Source: Candidatus Bathyarchaeota archaeon
GTDB taxonomy: Archaea > Thermoproteota > Bathyarchaeia > Bathyarchaeales > Bathyarchaeaceae
DNA length: 64,000 nucleotides
Direction of reading: 5' to 3'
NCBI GenBank assembly: GCA_963697165.1
Contig: CAVOMX010000009.1
Span: 32,001-96,000, forward strand
The position numbers and the translations under genes are program-made. Positions 1-9,169 of the stretch are shown in pieces. The notes beneath the pieces are model-generated. The model was not told where the DNA came from and ran no database searches. It saw only the letters and a list, made by a program, of their open reading frames with translations. Each line of letters begins with the position of its first letter. The first letter of the stretch is position 1.

Positions 1-862
1 ATTGTTTTCTTATTCTTCCTCCTGTTAGATTTATAGGGATAGCTAGTTCCACTTTTTGTTCTAGCTTTTGCTCTAACGCATTGAAGTTCGGAGGAACCGC
101 TAGTCCTTGGAGAGAATAAAAAGACCAATTTTCCATACTCCTTTTTTTTCGTTCATTTGTTTGGGATATTATGCGAATCGAAACTAAATGACGTTTAAGA
201 TTTTTATTGGTATCTTCTGTGTGACTAATTTTTTTGGAAACAGAAAAAAATTTTTCTCCCTTTTTATATGCCTCGATTTTTCTAACAGTTTTTAGGAAAA
301 AAATATCTTGATATACTTCCGAGAGGAGTTGCTCTTCAAATTTTTTTAGTTTCTTTAGATCAAATAGTTCTGCGTTTATCTTCTTGGAGATTTCAGTTTC
401 AGCCAAACGAAGAGGTAAATAAAAACGGGTAATTCTATTAAAAGGAACTAAACTTATGGATGGGACCTCGTTAATGTGAATTTCAAAATCCCAACCATTT
501 GAAATAATTCTTGGTTTATCAGTAATGTGAAATACAGACGTGAATCCTACACCAAAAGTTCCCGTTAATTCTTCTTCTGTTTTCCCTATTCCTATTTTAG
601 ATATCCGATAAAAATCGGAATCTTCTATTTGGTTGACTTCACTAGGCTTTGAAAAAGGATCTCCATCATTTTCTACTATAATTTTTTCATCGTCAATTCT
701 AAATGTAACTGTAGTTGCATTAGAATCATCGGCGTTTTGGATAAGTTCTCTTATAATAGGCATTTCTCCTGGGTATTCATCAATCCCTATTGCTCTAATC
801 GTGCCAAAAGTGTCAGGTTTATAAACAAAGTCTTTCAAATCATAATCTGGAACGTCAATCAA
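1..862 (-). CDS. Sacsin-like N-terminal GHKL/HATPase domain protein (runs off left edge; probable homopolymer frameshift near 145)
   Basis: Manual translation from TTG at 862 behind GGGGTGA: IRELIQNADD, ENDGDPF, TGTFGVGFTSVFHITDKPRIIS, the sacsin/Hsp90-like ATPase motifs. Confidence 0.8.
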   Translation of the reverse strand, partial: MIDVPDYDLKDFVYKPDTFGTIRAIGIDEYPGEMPIIRELIQNADDSNATTVTFRIDDEKIIVENDGDPFSKPSEVNQIEDSDFYRISKIGIGKTEEELTGTFGVGFTSVFHITDKPRIISNGWDFEIHINEVPSISLVPFNRITRFYLPLRLAETEISKKINAELFDLKKLKKFEEQLLSEVYQDIFFLKTVRKIEAYKKGEKFFSVSKKISHTEDTNKNLKRHLVSIRIISQTNERKKRSMENWSFYSLQGLAVPPNFNALEQKLEQKVELAIPINLTGGRIRKQ

Positions 863-987
863 AAAATCACCCCTATTGTCTCAAAACATAAATGTCAAGT
901 TACATAGTTATATTCGTTTTTCACCAATTGTAGAAAAGTAAAATATTCTGGAACATCTATTCGCTAATTCAAAAAATGATTGTAAAC

Positions 988-1120
988 TAAGGGGTAAATT
1001 TAGACCTATAGTTTTACCCCTTATGATTTCTTACTGTAAGGGGTAAAATTAAGTCTCGATTTTACCTCTTATGTTTCCTTACTGAATAGAGTGGTAAAAT
1101 AGTGTCTTGCTTCTGCCCCG
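988..1120. repeat. Tandem ~49-bp units of inverted TAAGGGGTAAA boxes
   Basis: TAAGGGGTAAA at 988 and 1037 (degenerate copy ~1087) paired with TTTACCCCTTA/TTTACCTCTTA at 1013 and 1061; linkers TGATTTCTTACTG and TGTTTCCTTACTG. Confidence 0.8.
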
Positions 1121-1214
1121 AGTCAATTGTGCTTTCAATTCACTTCATTTTGTGAACGTGACTTTCATATGCTGACGCTACCTCTTTTTTTATTTACAGC
1201 GTCAGCTAAAACAA

Positions 1215-1240
1215 GTTGGTTGGTTGGTTGGTTGGTTGGG
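1215..1240. repeat. (TTGG)n microsatellite
   Basis: About six tandem TTGG units seen directly. Confidence 0.85.
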
Positions 1241-1406
1241 TTAAATTTTAGCCCCCACACACAGATGTACGTGTTCGTGTTCGCGTTTACGTACGTGTAC
1301 GCGTGTGTTTACGCCCGCTCGCCTGCTCTCTCACTCACACGCCAAAAAAAGAGAATAAAAACAAGAACTGAAATGTTATTAGTGAATTATAAAACAAAAG
1401 GTATCT

Positions 1407-2291
1407 ATGAAGAGAGAGGACATATCTGGACAACATATCTTTTCGGCTAATATTTGGTCAAAAATGCTTTCCAATGGAAAAAAATTAGTTGAAAATGGAT
1501 ATTCGGAGAGTGCCAATAAACCTAATTTGTTCTATTCCAAAAAAGACTATGGAATATTTTTTGCAGACATGAGAGGAACTAAGCTAGCACCAATTTGGAA
1601 TGATCCTCGACCTCTTTTCTATTGGATATTCGATAATGACCAACCTTTATGGAAACATAGGAGACAAATAAAGGAGGAGTTATTGAATCTGGAAAAAAAT
1701 AATGTAGAGTATTCATTATGCTTAGTTGTTGAGAACCTACTGTTTGAACAGAGTAATGTGATTGGGGATGAAGTGAATCTTATTTTTCCATGGTTTGATG
1801 GATTTTGTGAATTCTGTGGAAAAGATTTTCAAAACGATGGACGATTTTGCTCGATAGAATGTGAAAAAAAGTGTATAGAAAAAATTGAAAACGAGCAAGA
1901 AGAACAACGGTTATGCTTGATTAAAGAAGGTCCATTAATCGAATGTTGTGTTTGTAAGAAAAACACGCAAGAGAATCCTGAAACTGTTTATCACAAGCAT
2001 CATGTATCATATTTTCCAGAAGAAATAGTGATAACTTGCTTAAGTTGTCACCAAGCGATCCACAATACAGAAGAATATCCGCATTTAAAACCGAAAAATA
2101 TTCGATTATTAGCTAAAGAAATAAGGAAACTGGAAAGAATAGCTAAAATTGAATTAACAAAAAAGAACGGTACTTTTTCTAAAAATTATTGTTCTCTATG
2201 TGAAAGAGAAATTAAAATTAACCAATCATACTCGTTTTATTGTGGAAAAAAAATTCACACAAAATGTTTTGATAATAAAACAGATTTATAA
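1407..2291 (+). CDS. Multi-zinc-finger HNH-like endonuclease
   Basis: CEFC..CSIEC zinc ribbon; CCVC..HKHHVSY..CLSCHQAIH HNH-like motif; C-terminal CSLC..HTKC. Confidence 0.6.
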   Translation: MKREDISGQHIFSANIWSKMLSNGKKLVENGYSESANKPNLFYSKKDYGIFFADMRGTKLAPIWNDPRPLFYWIFDNDQPLWKHRRQIKEELLNLEKNNVEYSLCLVVENLLFEQSNVIGDEVNLIFPWFDGFCEFCGKDFQNDGRFCSIECEKKCIEKIENEQEEQRLCLIKEGPLIECCVCKKNTQENPETVYHKHHVSYFPEEIVITCLSCHQAIHNTEEYPHLKPKNIRLLAKEIRKLERIAKIELTKKNGTFSKNYCSLCEREIKINQSYSFYCGKKIHTKCFDNKTDL

Positions 2292-2421
2292 AAATAATTC
2301 CGTTTTTACAAACTTTAGTCTTCAATCGGAGCGATGTGTCGTTTTTATCTTCCCTGCTTCCAGAATTCTATATAAACAAGAGAAAATGTTACTCGATAAC
2401 TTCGCAAAACCCAAAACAACA

Positions 2422-3384
2422 TCAGCAAATATACCCCTGATCCTCCCCTGACTGCTGCTGCGAAGAGTCTACCTGACCCAACCTCTCAGCCTCCTCCGGA
2501 ACCAACAAACGATTCAAAGTCTCAACGAGCCCACTAACACAAACAGTCAAACCAGCAACCTCACGCTGCACATCCTGAATCTGCAACTCAAGACGACCCA
2601 ACCGCAAAGGCATCAACAACCGCGCCTTCGCCAAATCACGCCCAACATACTCCTCATGAGGAACCCGCTCAGGAGGACTATTATCAATCGAACCAACATC
2701 TTCAACAATCGTGGTCCCCAACTTCACCAACTCCTGAGCCTCATCACTATAAAACCGTGTAATCGGTTCATGCAAAGGAACACCAGGCTCCTCCAACGCC
2801 AAATCAAAATGACACTCCAACACACCCTTCACCCGCTCAACAATCCGTCCAGAAAGCATCAACAACTCATCAACATCAAAACCCCGCAACTTACCCGGAT
2901 GCACAATAACACTCTTGCTAGTCCGCACAACCCGCACAGCCCCAATCTTAACACCCAACTTCTCCCAATTACGCGGACGCCCCAACTTCCGCCAATCCAA
3001 ACGATCAGCGCGTCCCCAATCCAAAACCCCAAACTTAACAGCATAATCCTCCAAACAACAAACCTCCTCCGGAACACCACTCTCACTCGTAGTGAGGATC
3101 TTCGAACCGTAAGGCGTCAAAGCATACTCATTGAACACATCCTTCACAACCAACCGCAAAGCACCAGCGCCAACAAACTTGTTTTTCCAATAATTCACAG
3201 TACTTTTACTGCAAGGAACAGCCTCTGCAACATCACGAGCACAGTTCCCAGCACCCAACAGCTTCAAAATCAACTGCGCCTTCGCACTCAACCCAAGAGC
3301 AAAACATCCCAACCCCATAAGAGTTCTAAAATCGTATCGAACTGTTCGAACTGGTCGAACCGCAACTTTTCTTTCGGGAGCCAA
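2422..3384 (-). CDS. N-terminal HTH protein of mobile element, possible replication initiator
   Basis: HTH ARDVAEAVPCSKSTVNYWK; GAGGTG RBS upstream; extreme G/T-rich coding strand; next to tRNA 3' end. Confidence 0.65.
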   Translation of the reverse strand: MAPERKVAVRPVRTVRYDFRTLMGLGCFALGLSAKAQLILKLLGAGNCARDVAEAVPCSKSTVNYWKNKFVGAGALRLVVKDVFNEYALTPYGSKILTTSESGVPEEVCCLEDYAVKFGVLDWGRADRLDWRKLGRPRNWEKLGVKIGAVRVVRTSKSVIVHPGKLRGFDVDELLMLSGRIVERVKGVLECHFDLALEEPGVPLHEPITRFYSDEAQELVKLGTTIVEDVGSIDNSPPERVPHEEYVGRDLAKARLLMPLRLGRLELQIQDVQREVAGLTVCVSGLVETLNRLLVPEEAERLGQVDSSQQQSGEDQGYIC

Positions 3385-3405
3385 ATAGAAGACACCTCTA
3401 GAAAA

Positions 3406-3528
3406 CTATTCCATTTTTTCCTCTATACACAAGGGACATTCAACAAGCCTAGCCACAATCTGATTACCAACACCCACAAAAGTCCATTTGCTGCCACAGC
3501 CTTCACAAGATATCTTCTGCTCACTCAT
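3406..3528 (-). CDS. 40-aa zinc-finger microprotein
   Basis: MSEQKISCEGCGSKWTFVGVGNQIVARLVECPLCIEEKME; two CxxC pairs; co-oriented directly upstream of the HTH gene. Confidence 0.6.
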   Translation of the reverse strand: MSEQKISCEGCGSKWTFVGVGNQIVARLVECPLCIEEKME

Positions 3529-3611
3529 AATTTAGTGCTCCAAAAATTCCATTAAACAAAAAAAGAGGGGAAGGTGAAAAAGTACAAAATAGTACGTATT
3601 CGTTTCTAAAG

Positions 3612-3688
3612 TGGTGCGGTCGCCGGGATTTGAACCCGAGTACCCGGCTTGGGAAGCCGGGGTCCTGACCAGGCTAGACTACGACCGC
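3612..3688 (-). tRNA. tRNA-Gly(CCC)
   Basis: GCGGTCG acceptor stem, CCGGC-TTCCCAA-GCCGG anticodon arm, GGTTCAAATC T-loop, encoded CCA. Confidence 0.96.
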
Positions 3689-3730
3689 CTCAATTGCCTA
3701 AACATAACTGCAACTTCAATCATTTTAGCC

Positions 3731-5326
3731 TTAGCCTTTGGTGACTCTCTCCAAGGCGTCAATCACATTTTCTCTTCCCATAGCTAACACGTAGGGACCT
3801 AGTCTAGGTCCTTGCGGTGCACCTAAAAGAATCATGTAAAGAGTTTTGAAGAATTTTCCCGGCTTAATGTTGTTATTTCTGGCGATGCTAAAGATGGCGC
3901 TCTGAATCTCCTCTTCTGTCGAATCGGTATGCAAGGCTTGGATAAGCTCTTCAAAAGCAGATTTTTCTTGTTCAGTTAGTTCTACGACTTGCTCGGTGAT
4001 TTCGCTGAAGTCTTTTGACCAGTTAACGGCGTAGCCGATTCGGCGTTTCAGGTCATCTGTTAAGCCTTCATTTCCGTACCCGTAACCCTGAAGTTTCTCC
4101 AGGATAAAATCTGCTTCAGAGCTTTCTGGAGCCATCTTAGCAAGAAATGTGAGAAGATTATAAGGCACATGATCACCAGCTTTAGAAGGAGTATCAAAGA
4201 GCATGCAATATTTATAGAGTCCAACCAGTTTTGCCTTCTCCTTCTTATCTGAAACCATCTTCTTTCCAAAGTAGACATCCTCTAGCTCGTTAAGCTCATT
4301 CATGTATTGTGGGATGTCAGTTACAGAGAGGCTTCTGGTTCCAACAAACCGCTTCAAAGTAAGCAATAATAGAGATTGTGGTGAGCCATACCTAAACCAA
4401 ACCTGAGGCGTGAAAACGTTTCCAGCAGATTTGCTTATCTTCTTTCCACTTTTGTCCAGATACATCTCGTATTTGGCGTGAAACGGAGGAGCCCAATTGA
4501 ATACTTCTCTGCATATCCTGTCGTTTACCCTAACCGAGTCTGAAATGTCCTTGCCGAAGGGCTCAAATCTGATGTCAAGGGCTTTCCATCTAGCCGCAAA
4601 CTCAACCTTCCACCCAAGCTTGCCCTCGCCCTTCCGGATGTTTGCTTCACCATTGTGCCCACAGCCTTCCAGCCAGTTTCCACGCACCTCAAGCCCTTCA
4701 CAAGTATACAGAACCTTACATTCATCTGAAAGAAACGTGTGAGCCTTAGTTGTGTAGATACGACCACAGTTAGCACAGATCGGAAAATATGGAAGAACGT
4801 CAACAAACTTTTCTTGTCCAACCTCATCCTTCACGATCTCTCCAACCTTCTGAGCATTCATGAGAATCGTCTTGACCTCCTCAGTGAAGAGCCCCTGTTC
4901 GTAAGCCTTTTTGGCGGACATGAAAGTGTATTTTATTCCGCTCTGGTCTAAAGAATCCAAAAGAAGACTGGTCATATGCTCCCCGAAGCTTCCATGACAA
5001 CCATAAAGGTCAGGAATCGACGTCACAGGATAACCCAAATATTTACTAAGCGACTCCGGAAGTCCAGCCGGAACCTTCCTCAAACCATCCAAGTCATCAG
5101 CAAAAGCAGTATACTCCGACTTGAAGCCCTGCTCTTGAAGAGCCAACGCCACAGCGTAAGACCGAGCACAATCCGCGAAACTGCCGATGTGTGGAAAACC
5201 AGAGGCTCCAAGACCACTCTCTGTCCTGATCAGGTCGAGGCTTCGACCTAGTTTTCGTTCCCGTTCTATGATTTTAGATGCGGTTTTGTCGTACCATGTT
5301 CCGTGTCCAATGATCTTTTCAGGCAT
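3731..5326 (-). CDS. lysS: Lysine--tRNA ligase, class I
   Basis: SGFPHIGS (HIGH-like), KISKSAGN (KMSKS-like), Zn motifs, QGPRLG C-terminus. Confidence 0.95.
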   Translation of the reverse strand: MPEKIIGHGTWYDKTASKIIERERKLGRSLDLIRTESGLGASGFPHIGSFADCARSYAVALALQEQGFKSEYTAFADDLDGLRKVPAGLPESLSKYLGYPVTSIPDLYGCHGSFGEHMTSLLLDSLDQSGIKYTFMSAKKAYEQGLFTEEVKTILMNAQKVGEIVKDEVGQEKFVDVLPYFPICANCGRIYTTKAHTFLSDECKVLYTCEGLEVRGNWLEGCGHNGEANIRKGEGKLGWKVEFAARWKALDIRFEPFGKDISDSVRVNDRICREVFNWAPPFHAKYEMYLDKSGKKISKSAGNVFTPQVWFRYGSPQSLLLLTLKRFVGTRSLSVTDIPQYMNELNELEDVYFGKKMVSDKKEKAKLVGLYKYCMLFDTPSKAGDHVPYNLLTFLAKMAPESSEADFILEKLQGYGYGNEGLTDDLKRRIGYAVNWSKDFSEITEQVVELTEQEKSAFEELIQALHTDSTEEEIQSAIFSIARNNNIKPGKFFKTLYMILLGAPQGPRLGPYVLAMGRENVIDALERVTKG

Positions 5327-5647
5327 GACTCAGGTTTCCTTTAATTATCTAAACAGTAATTGATTGTCAGATAAAAACATAAAGCGGTTTCGCATTCTGC
5401 TTTCTTGAAACAAGTGTTTCAAAAAGTGGAATGCAATTCAAAGACGATATCAAAGACTTTAGAGAAATTGGTCGAACTATACAAGAAATGGACAATGCCC
5501 AAAGACAAGAGATTGGACAATACAGAGTGCAAGATGGAAAAGGTGATACAGACGGTAATGGCGGCCACGGACAAGAAAACAACGGCAGCGGCAATGGATA
5601 AGGCAATGGAAACGGAAACAAATAGAAAAACTATCTCACCTTTTCTC

Positions 5648-6793
5648 TTATTTTTTAAGTTCCAGCCTATTTTCAAGCCCAATCTTTTTTATTGACACTA
5701 TATCCAATTTCTCCAACCGTTTAACCAACCTCCAAAGGCTGGTTCGCGGTATGTCAGGAAACTTTTCTCGTATCTCAGCCTCGAAAGCCTTTCCTTCATT
5801 CTCAACTAAGAACTGGATTACATCTTTTTCTTCTTGATTCAACTGAGGATTCATCTTGACTATTTTCTCGGTATTGGGTATTCTTTTTCTAAAAATAAGA
5901 AACAACACAAGAAGTATTACAGCCATAACAACTGCGACAGCAACCAAATATTCAATCGGAATTGAATCTGAGTGTGACCCGTTTGAAGGCGTCTCGCTAA
6001 CTGTGAACTGCCCTAATAGATCAGCTATTTCAATATTGTACATTCCCAGTGTCTGCTTTGTGACCTTGAATTCTGCGATGATTGACTCTTCTTTGTCAAG
6101 CGTCACTGTTCTGGTGTCCTCTACTGTTTGGTTAACTGTAAGGGGAAGAGTGTACGATCCAGCTTGTCCGCCCACGTTAGTGATTCTAACTGATACGGTG
6201 ACCTCTTCGCCTGCTTTGACCTCAGTTGGAGTGACCACTAGGTTGCCGATTTGGAATTCTGCGGATGGGTTAAAAGGAAAGATGTAACTTATCTCCCATT
6301 GGTTCGCAAACAAAGACAATGCTATTTTGCTGTCTTCTGTATCTATCGAGGCTGGCATTTCATTCAGGTAAACTATTGTTGATTCTTCAGGCAAAACAAC
6401 AGTCATATTATATGGAGCATCAACAATGAAAGTCCACACTTCAGCATTCTTCAGAGTCAAAGAATGCGTATCATACTGAACGGAAACACTCGTAGTTCCC
6501 AAAGTGAAAACAGTCAGATTAAACAGGTTTATTTCATAGTCCAAAACAGTCTGGTTCTCATCAAGCACAATAAAATTGTCAACTAAAGAGCCCAATAGAG
6601 GAAAAGTTACCACAGGAAGCGTCTCATTCACAGTCAACGTTTGTGTGACGCGAACCAGTCCGTCCCGATATATCTGGAGTTCTGTGGAATCAACCTGAAA
6701 CTCTGTCACGTTAGCTGAAGCTACATCGACAGTCAATAATAGGATAAACAGTAAGCAACCAACGATAACAGTTCGCCCAGCACCTAACTTCAT
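5648..6793 (-). CDS. Membrane-anchored protein with CARDB/Ig-like domain and C-terminal winged HTH
   Basis: Signal peptide, VTVSVRITNVGGQAG CARDB-like segment, TM helix, IPRTSLWRLVKRLEKLDIV wHTH. Confidence 0.75.
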   Translation of the reverse strand: MKLGAGRTVIVGCLLFILLLTVDVASANVTEFQVDSTELQIYRDGLVRVTQTLTVNETLPVVTFPLLGSLVDNFIVLDENQTVLDYEINLFNLTVFTLGTTSVSVQYDTHSLTLKNAEVWTFIVDAPYNMTVVLPEESTIVYLNEMPASIDTEDSKIALSLFANQWEISYIFPFNPSAEFQIGNLVVTPTEVKAGEEVTVSVRITNVGGQAGSYTLPLTVNQTVEDTRTVTLDKEESIIAEFKVTKQTLGMYNIEIADLLGQFTVSETPSNGSHSDSIPIEYLVAVAVVMAVILLVLFLIFRKRIPNTEKIVKMNPQLNQEEKDVIQFLVENEGKAFEAEIREKFPDIPRTSLWRLVKRLEKLDIVSIKKIGLENRLELKK

Positions 6794-6910
6794 AAGATGA
6801 ATCAAATTAAGAAGATGCAAACTAGTCTAATAAAAATTCTGAATCCCGCGTACATCAGGAATCTTATTAATATTAACCAATAATTATGATAGTAAGGTTA
6901 GTGGTTTAAG

Positions 6911-7399
6911 ATGGGGGACAATGACATCTGGCATTATATTCTTCCGTTTCCCTTTGAAAACGAAAAACGTAGGCTAATCTGGAGCGTCCTCCAGTCTAAA
7001 GTAGGTAAAACTCTTTTAATGAACATGAAGCTGGATGGACGAACCTACCAAAGAGACCTAATCAAAGGAACATCCTACTCAAACAAATCCATAATTGAAT
7101 ACTTGAAGCGGATGGTCTCAGCAGACATTCTTGAACAAGGAATGGAACAGGTCACAACAGGAAAAAGAAAAGTAAGAATCAAATGGTATGTTCCCACAAA
7201 ACTTGGAAGATGGTTTATTCTCTTCCTTAAACCCACCGAAGAAATCCCCCCTGACTTGGTACGAAAAACAATCGAAGAAATCTTTCAAGTCTACGCTTCT
7301 AGCATCGTTGAAGTTTGCGAAAACTTTGGAATAGACATCGACTTATTCCGCAAAATCCTAAACAAAGAATACAGCAACAAAACAATAACAGAAACATAA
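6911..7399 (+). CDS. Winged-helix transcriptional regulator
   Basis: YQRDLIKGTSYSNKSIIEYLKRMV HTH followed by wing WYVPTKLG. Confidence 0.7.
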   Translation: MGDNDIWHYILPFPFENEKRRLIWSVLQSKVGKTLLMNMKLDGRTYQRDLIKGTSYSNKSIIEYLKRMVSADILEQGMEQVTTGKRKVRIKWYVPTKLGRWFILFLKPTEEIPPDLVRKTIEEIFQVYASSIVEVCENFGIDIDLFRKILNKEYSNKTITET

Positions 7400-7414
7400 A
7401 AATGGTAAAGGGTT

Positions 7415-8488
7415 TTACTGCAACTTACTGCCGCAGCTACCACAGAACTTGTTAGTAGACAAATTCTCGGTCTTACACTTTGGGCACTCGACTTTCTCTG
7501 GCTTCATTGGAGAACCACAGTTACCACAGAACTTCATTCCTGCAGGCATCTCTGCTCCACACTTTGGACAATTAACCTTAGCCACAGGACCCAAACTTGT
7601 TCCACAGTTGCCACAGAATTTGGTTCCAGCAACGTTCTGAACACCACACTTCGGACACAATACCACCTGCTGCGGAGCACCTGCGCCTTGAGATGGTTGC
7701 ATAGCTTTTCCCAACGCAGTTCCCATTGCGATTCCAACGCCTGCTCCCACACCCGCTGCAGCGGCTCCACCGCCTCCCTCTGGAATTTCCGCGGTTGTTT
7801 CTTTCATATACTGCAGAGTCATGGCTTGCTGTCCCATGCTAGTGGCAAAGCGTCTTGCTTCCTCAGGGATTTTAACTCCTTCAAAGACTGCATCAATGAT
7901 TTTGAGACCTATCCTAGCAGCCTCGCCCGTTATTATCAATGCAACCTTGTCCGTGGTCTCGTCCACGTTCTTGACTACATTAAAGATGTCGTGATGAGCA
8001 AACTCGTCTATAACCCGCTCATTGATGAATCCGCGAATGTAGCTTTCAACGTCACCTGATGTACTTGCTCCCCGGTTGCCGAAAAACTCGACCACAAACA
8101 GCTTCGGATCCTCCACTTTGTAGAGAAGATAGCCATAGTAGCCGAGCTCCGCCTGATACTGTATATTCCCGCTGGGCGCAGAGTAGGCTTGCCCACCAAA
8201 TTTTCCCTTAAACTGGCTATTGCTAACAAAAACGACTTCACACTCAAAGATGTCGCCGATTATCCGCAGAGCCTTTAGAGCTCCAGTTAGAAGCGGAATA
8301 TTGTTGCTGGTGATGGTGTGTCTGCCAGGACCAAAAACGTCGTATGCTTTGCCGTCACGGAAGAAGACAGCCCACTGGTTCTCCTTGACAATAACTTGGC
8401 TTCCATACTTCAAGGAAAGGTTAGGAAACCTGTAAGCCATATCATCAGAACCAGCAAAATCCCATGAAACTTTCTCTATTATCGGCAT
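7415..8488 (-). CDS. SPFH domain protein with C-terminal zinc ribbons (YdjI-like)
   Basis: GSQVIVKENQWAVFFRDGK..FGPGRHT SPFH start; repeated CPKCG..KFCGNCG. Confidence 0.85.
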   Translation of the reverse strand: MPIIEKVSWDFAGSDDMAYRFPNLSLKYGSQVIVKENQWAVFFRDGKAYDVFGPGRHTITSNNIPLLTGALKALRIIGDIFECEVVFVSNSQFKGKFGGQAYSAPSGNIQYQAELGYYGYLLYKVEDPKLFVVEFFGNRGASTSGDVESYIRGFINERVIDEFAHHDIFNVVKNVDETTDKVALIITGEAARIGLKIIDAVFEGVKIPEEARRFATSMGQQAMTLQYMKETTAEIPEGGGGAAAAGVGAGVGIAMGTALGKAMQPSQGAGAPQQVVLCPKCGVQNVAGTKFCGNCGTSLGPVAKVNCPKCGAEMPAGMKFCGNCGSPMKPEKVECPKCKTENLSTNKFCGSCGSKLQ

Positions 8489-8501
8489 TTCATATCACAT
8501 C

Positions 8502-9059
8502 CTACATTTCTAAAGGTCTAAACTGCGTTTCTCGTTCATTCCATTTATCCTCGAAAGCAAGTAATAAACTCTTAACATTCTTAACTTCAGTGAATACAGC
8601 CGTCCAGTTCTCCGCTTCAACCTCATGCTTAGCCTTGCTCACAGCCTCATTCAAGCCGTCAAGATCACTGATAAATGCACGATCAAAATCGAAAACTCGA
8701 GCCAACTCCTCTTCGCGTATGTGCCCTTTTCGGTCCCAGAGACCAGCATATCCATAGTCGGCGTGCCGAACTTTTTCTGTGATACGGTCTAAAACTTGGA
8801 TAACCTGTTTGTAGTCTCGGCTCTGGGCAACACCTGCGTCTATAGCCGCCAAATACAGGTTCTCCCAAACGTGCCGCATGTCTCGGAGGTCAACGTAATA
8901 GAGGTCTCTGAGCTTTCGGTCTAATTCTCTCAAGTCTTCTTTTGTTCCATACCCTAAAGTGAAGAAGTTCTGAATCTTGGAAAAAATGCCCTGCTTCTCT
9001 TTTACCTTCTCGATTGTTTCCCGCTCAGACAAACAACAAACCCCAATTTTAACTACCAA
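8502..9059 (-). CDS. Helical hypothetical protein, operonic with SPFH-Zn ribbon gene
   Basis: Intact ORF 13 bp upstream of the SPFH gene; GYGTKEDLRELD and HADYGYAG motifs. Confidence 0.7.
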   Translation of the reverse strand: MVVKIGVCCLSERETIEKVKEKQGIFSKIQNFFTLGYGTKEDLRELDRKLRDLYYVDLRDMRHVWENLYLAAIDAGVAQSRDYKQVIQVLDRITEKVRHADYGYAGLWDRKGHIREEELARVFDFDRAFISDLDGLNEAVSKAKHEVEAENWTAVFTEVKNVKSLLLAFEDKWNERETQFRPLEM

Positions 9060-9169
9060 TCAATCTAATATAACTTATTGCCTTTGTTGAAGAGGAAAAC
9101 TTTTTTGTTGAGAAAGGTTTACGTGTGACAACGTTTCGTGAAATAATAAAATAGCAATGTAAACTTGAG

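Larger units (their letters stand above)
1..3611. mobile_element. Probable integrated element/island adjoining tRNA-Gly 3' end (left boundary outside window)
   Basis: Only accessory genes, abrupt compositional shifts, starts right after the tRNA CCA; no integrase or second att visible. Confidence 0.55.

Noticed and set aside
988..1120. CRISPR array interpretation
   Set aside because: Variable segments only 9-13 bp, under three units, no cas genes
3430..3445. 16-bp exact match CAAGGGACATTCAACA with 62891-62906
   Set aside because: Roughly one such match is expected by chance in 64 kb; contexts unrelated
2656..3555. 299-aa plus-strand ORF
   Set aside because: Antisense shadow caused by the strand skew of the minus-strand gene; Asn/Gln/His/Thr-rich with no motifs
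5367..5695. Overlapping short ORFs around a Gly/Asn-coding low-complexity tract
   Set aside because: Best frame (from 5431) is ~56 aa and looks like a gene-tail remnant; no confident call
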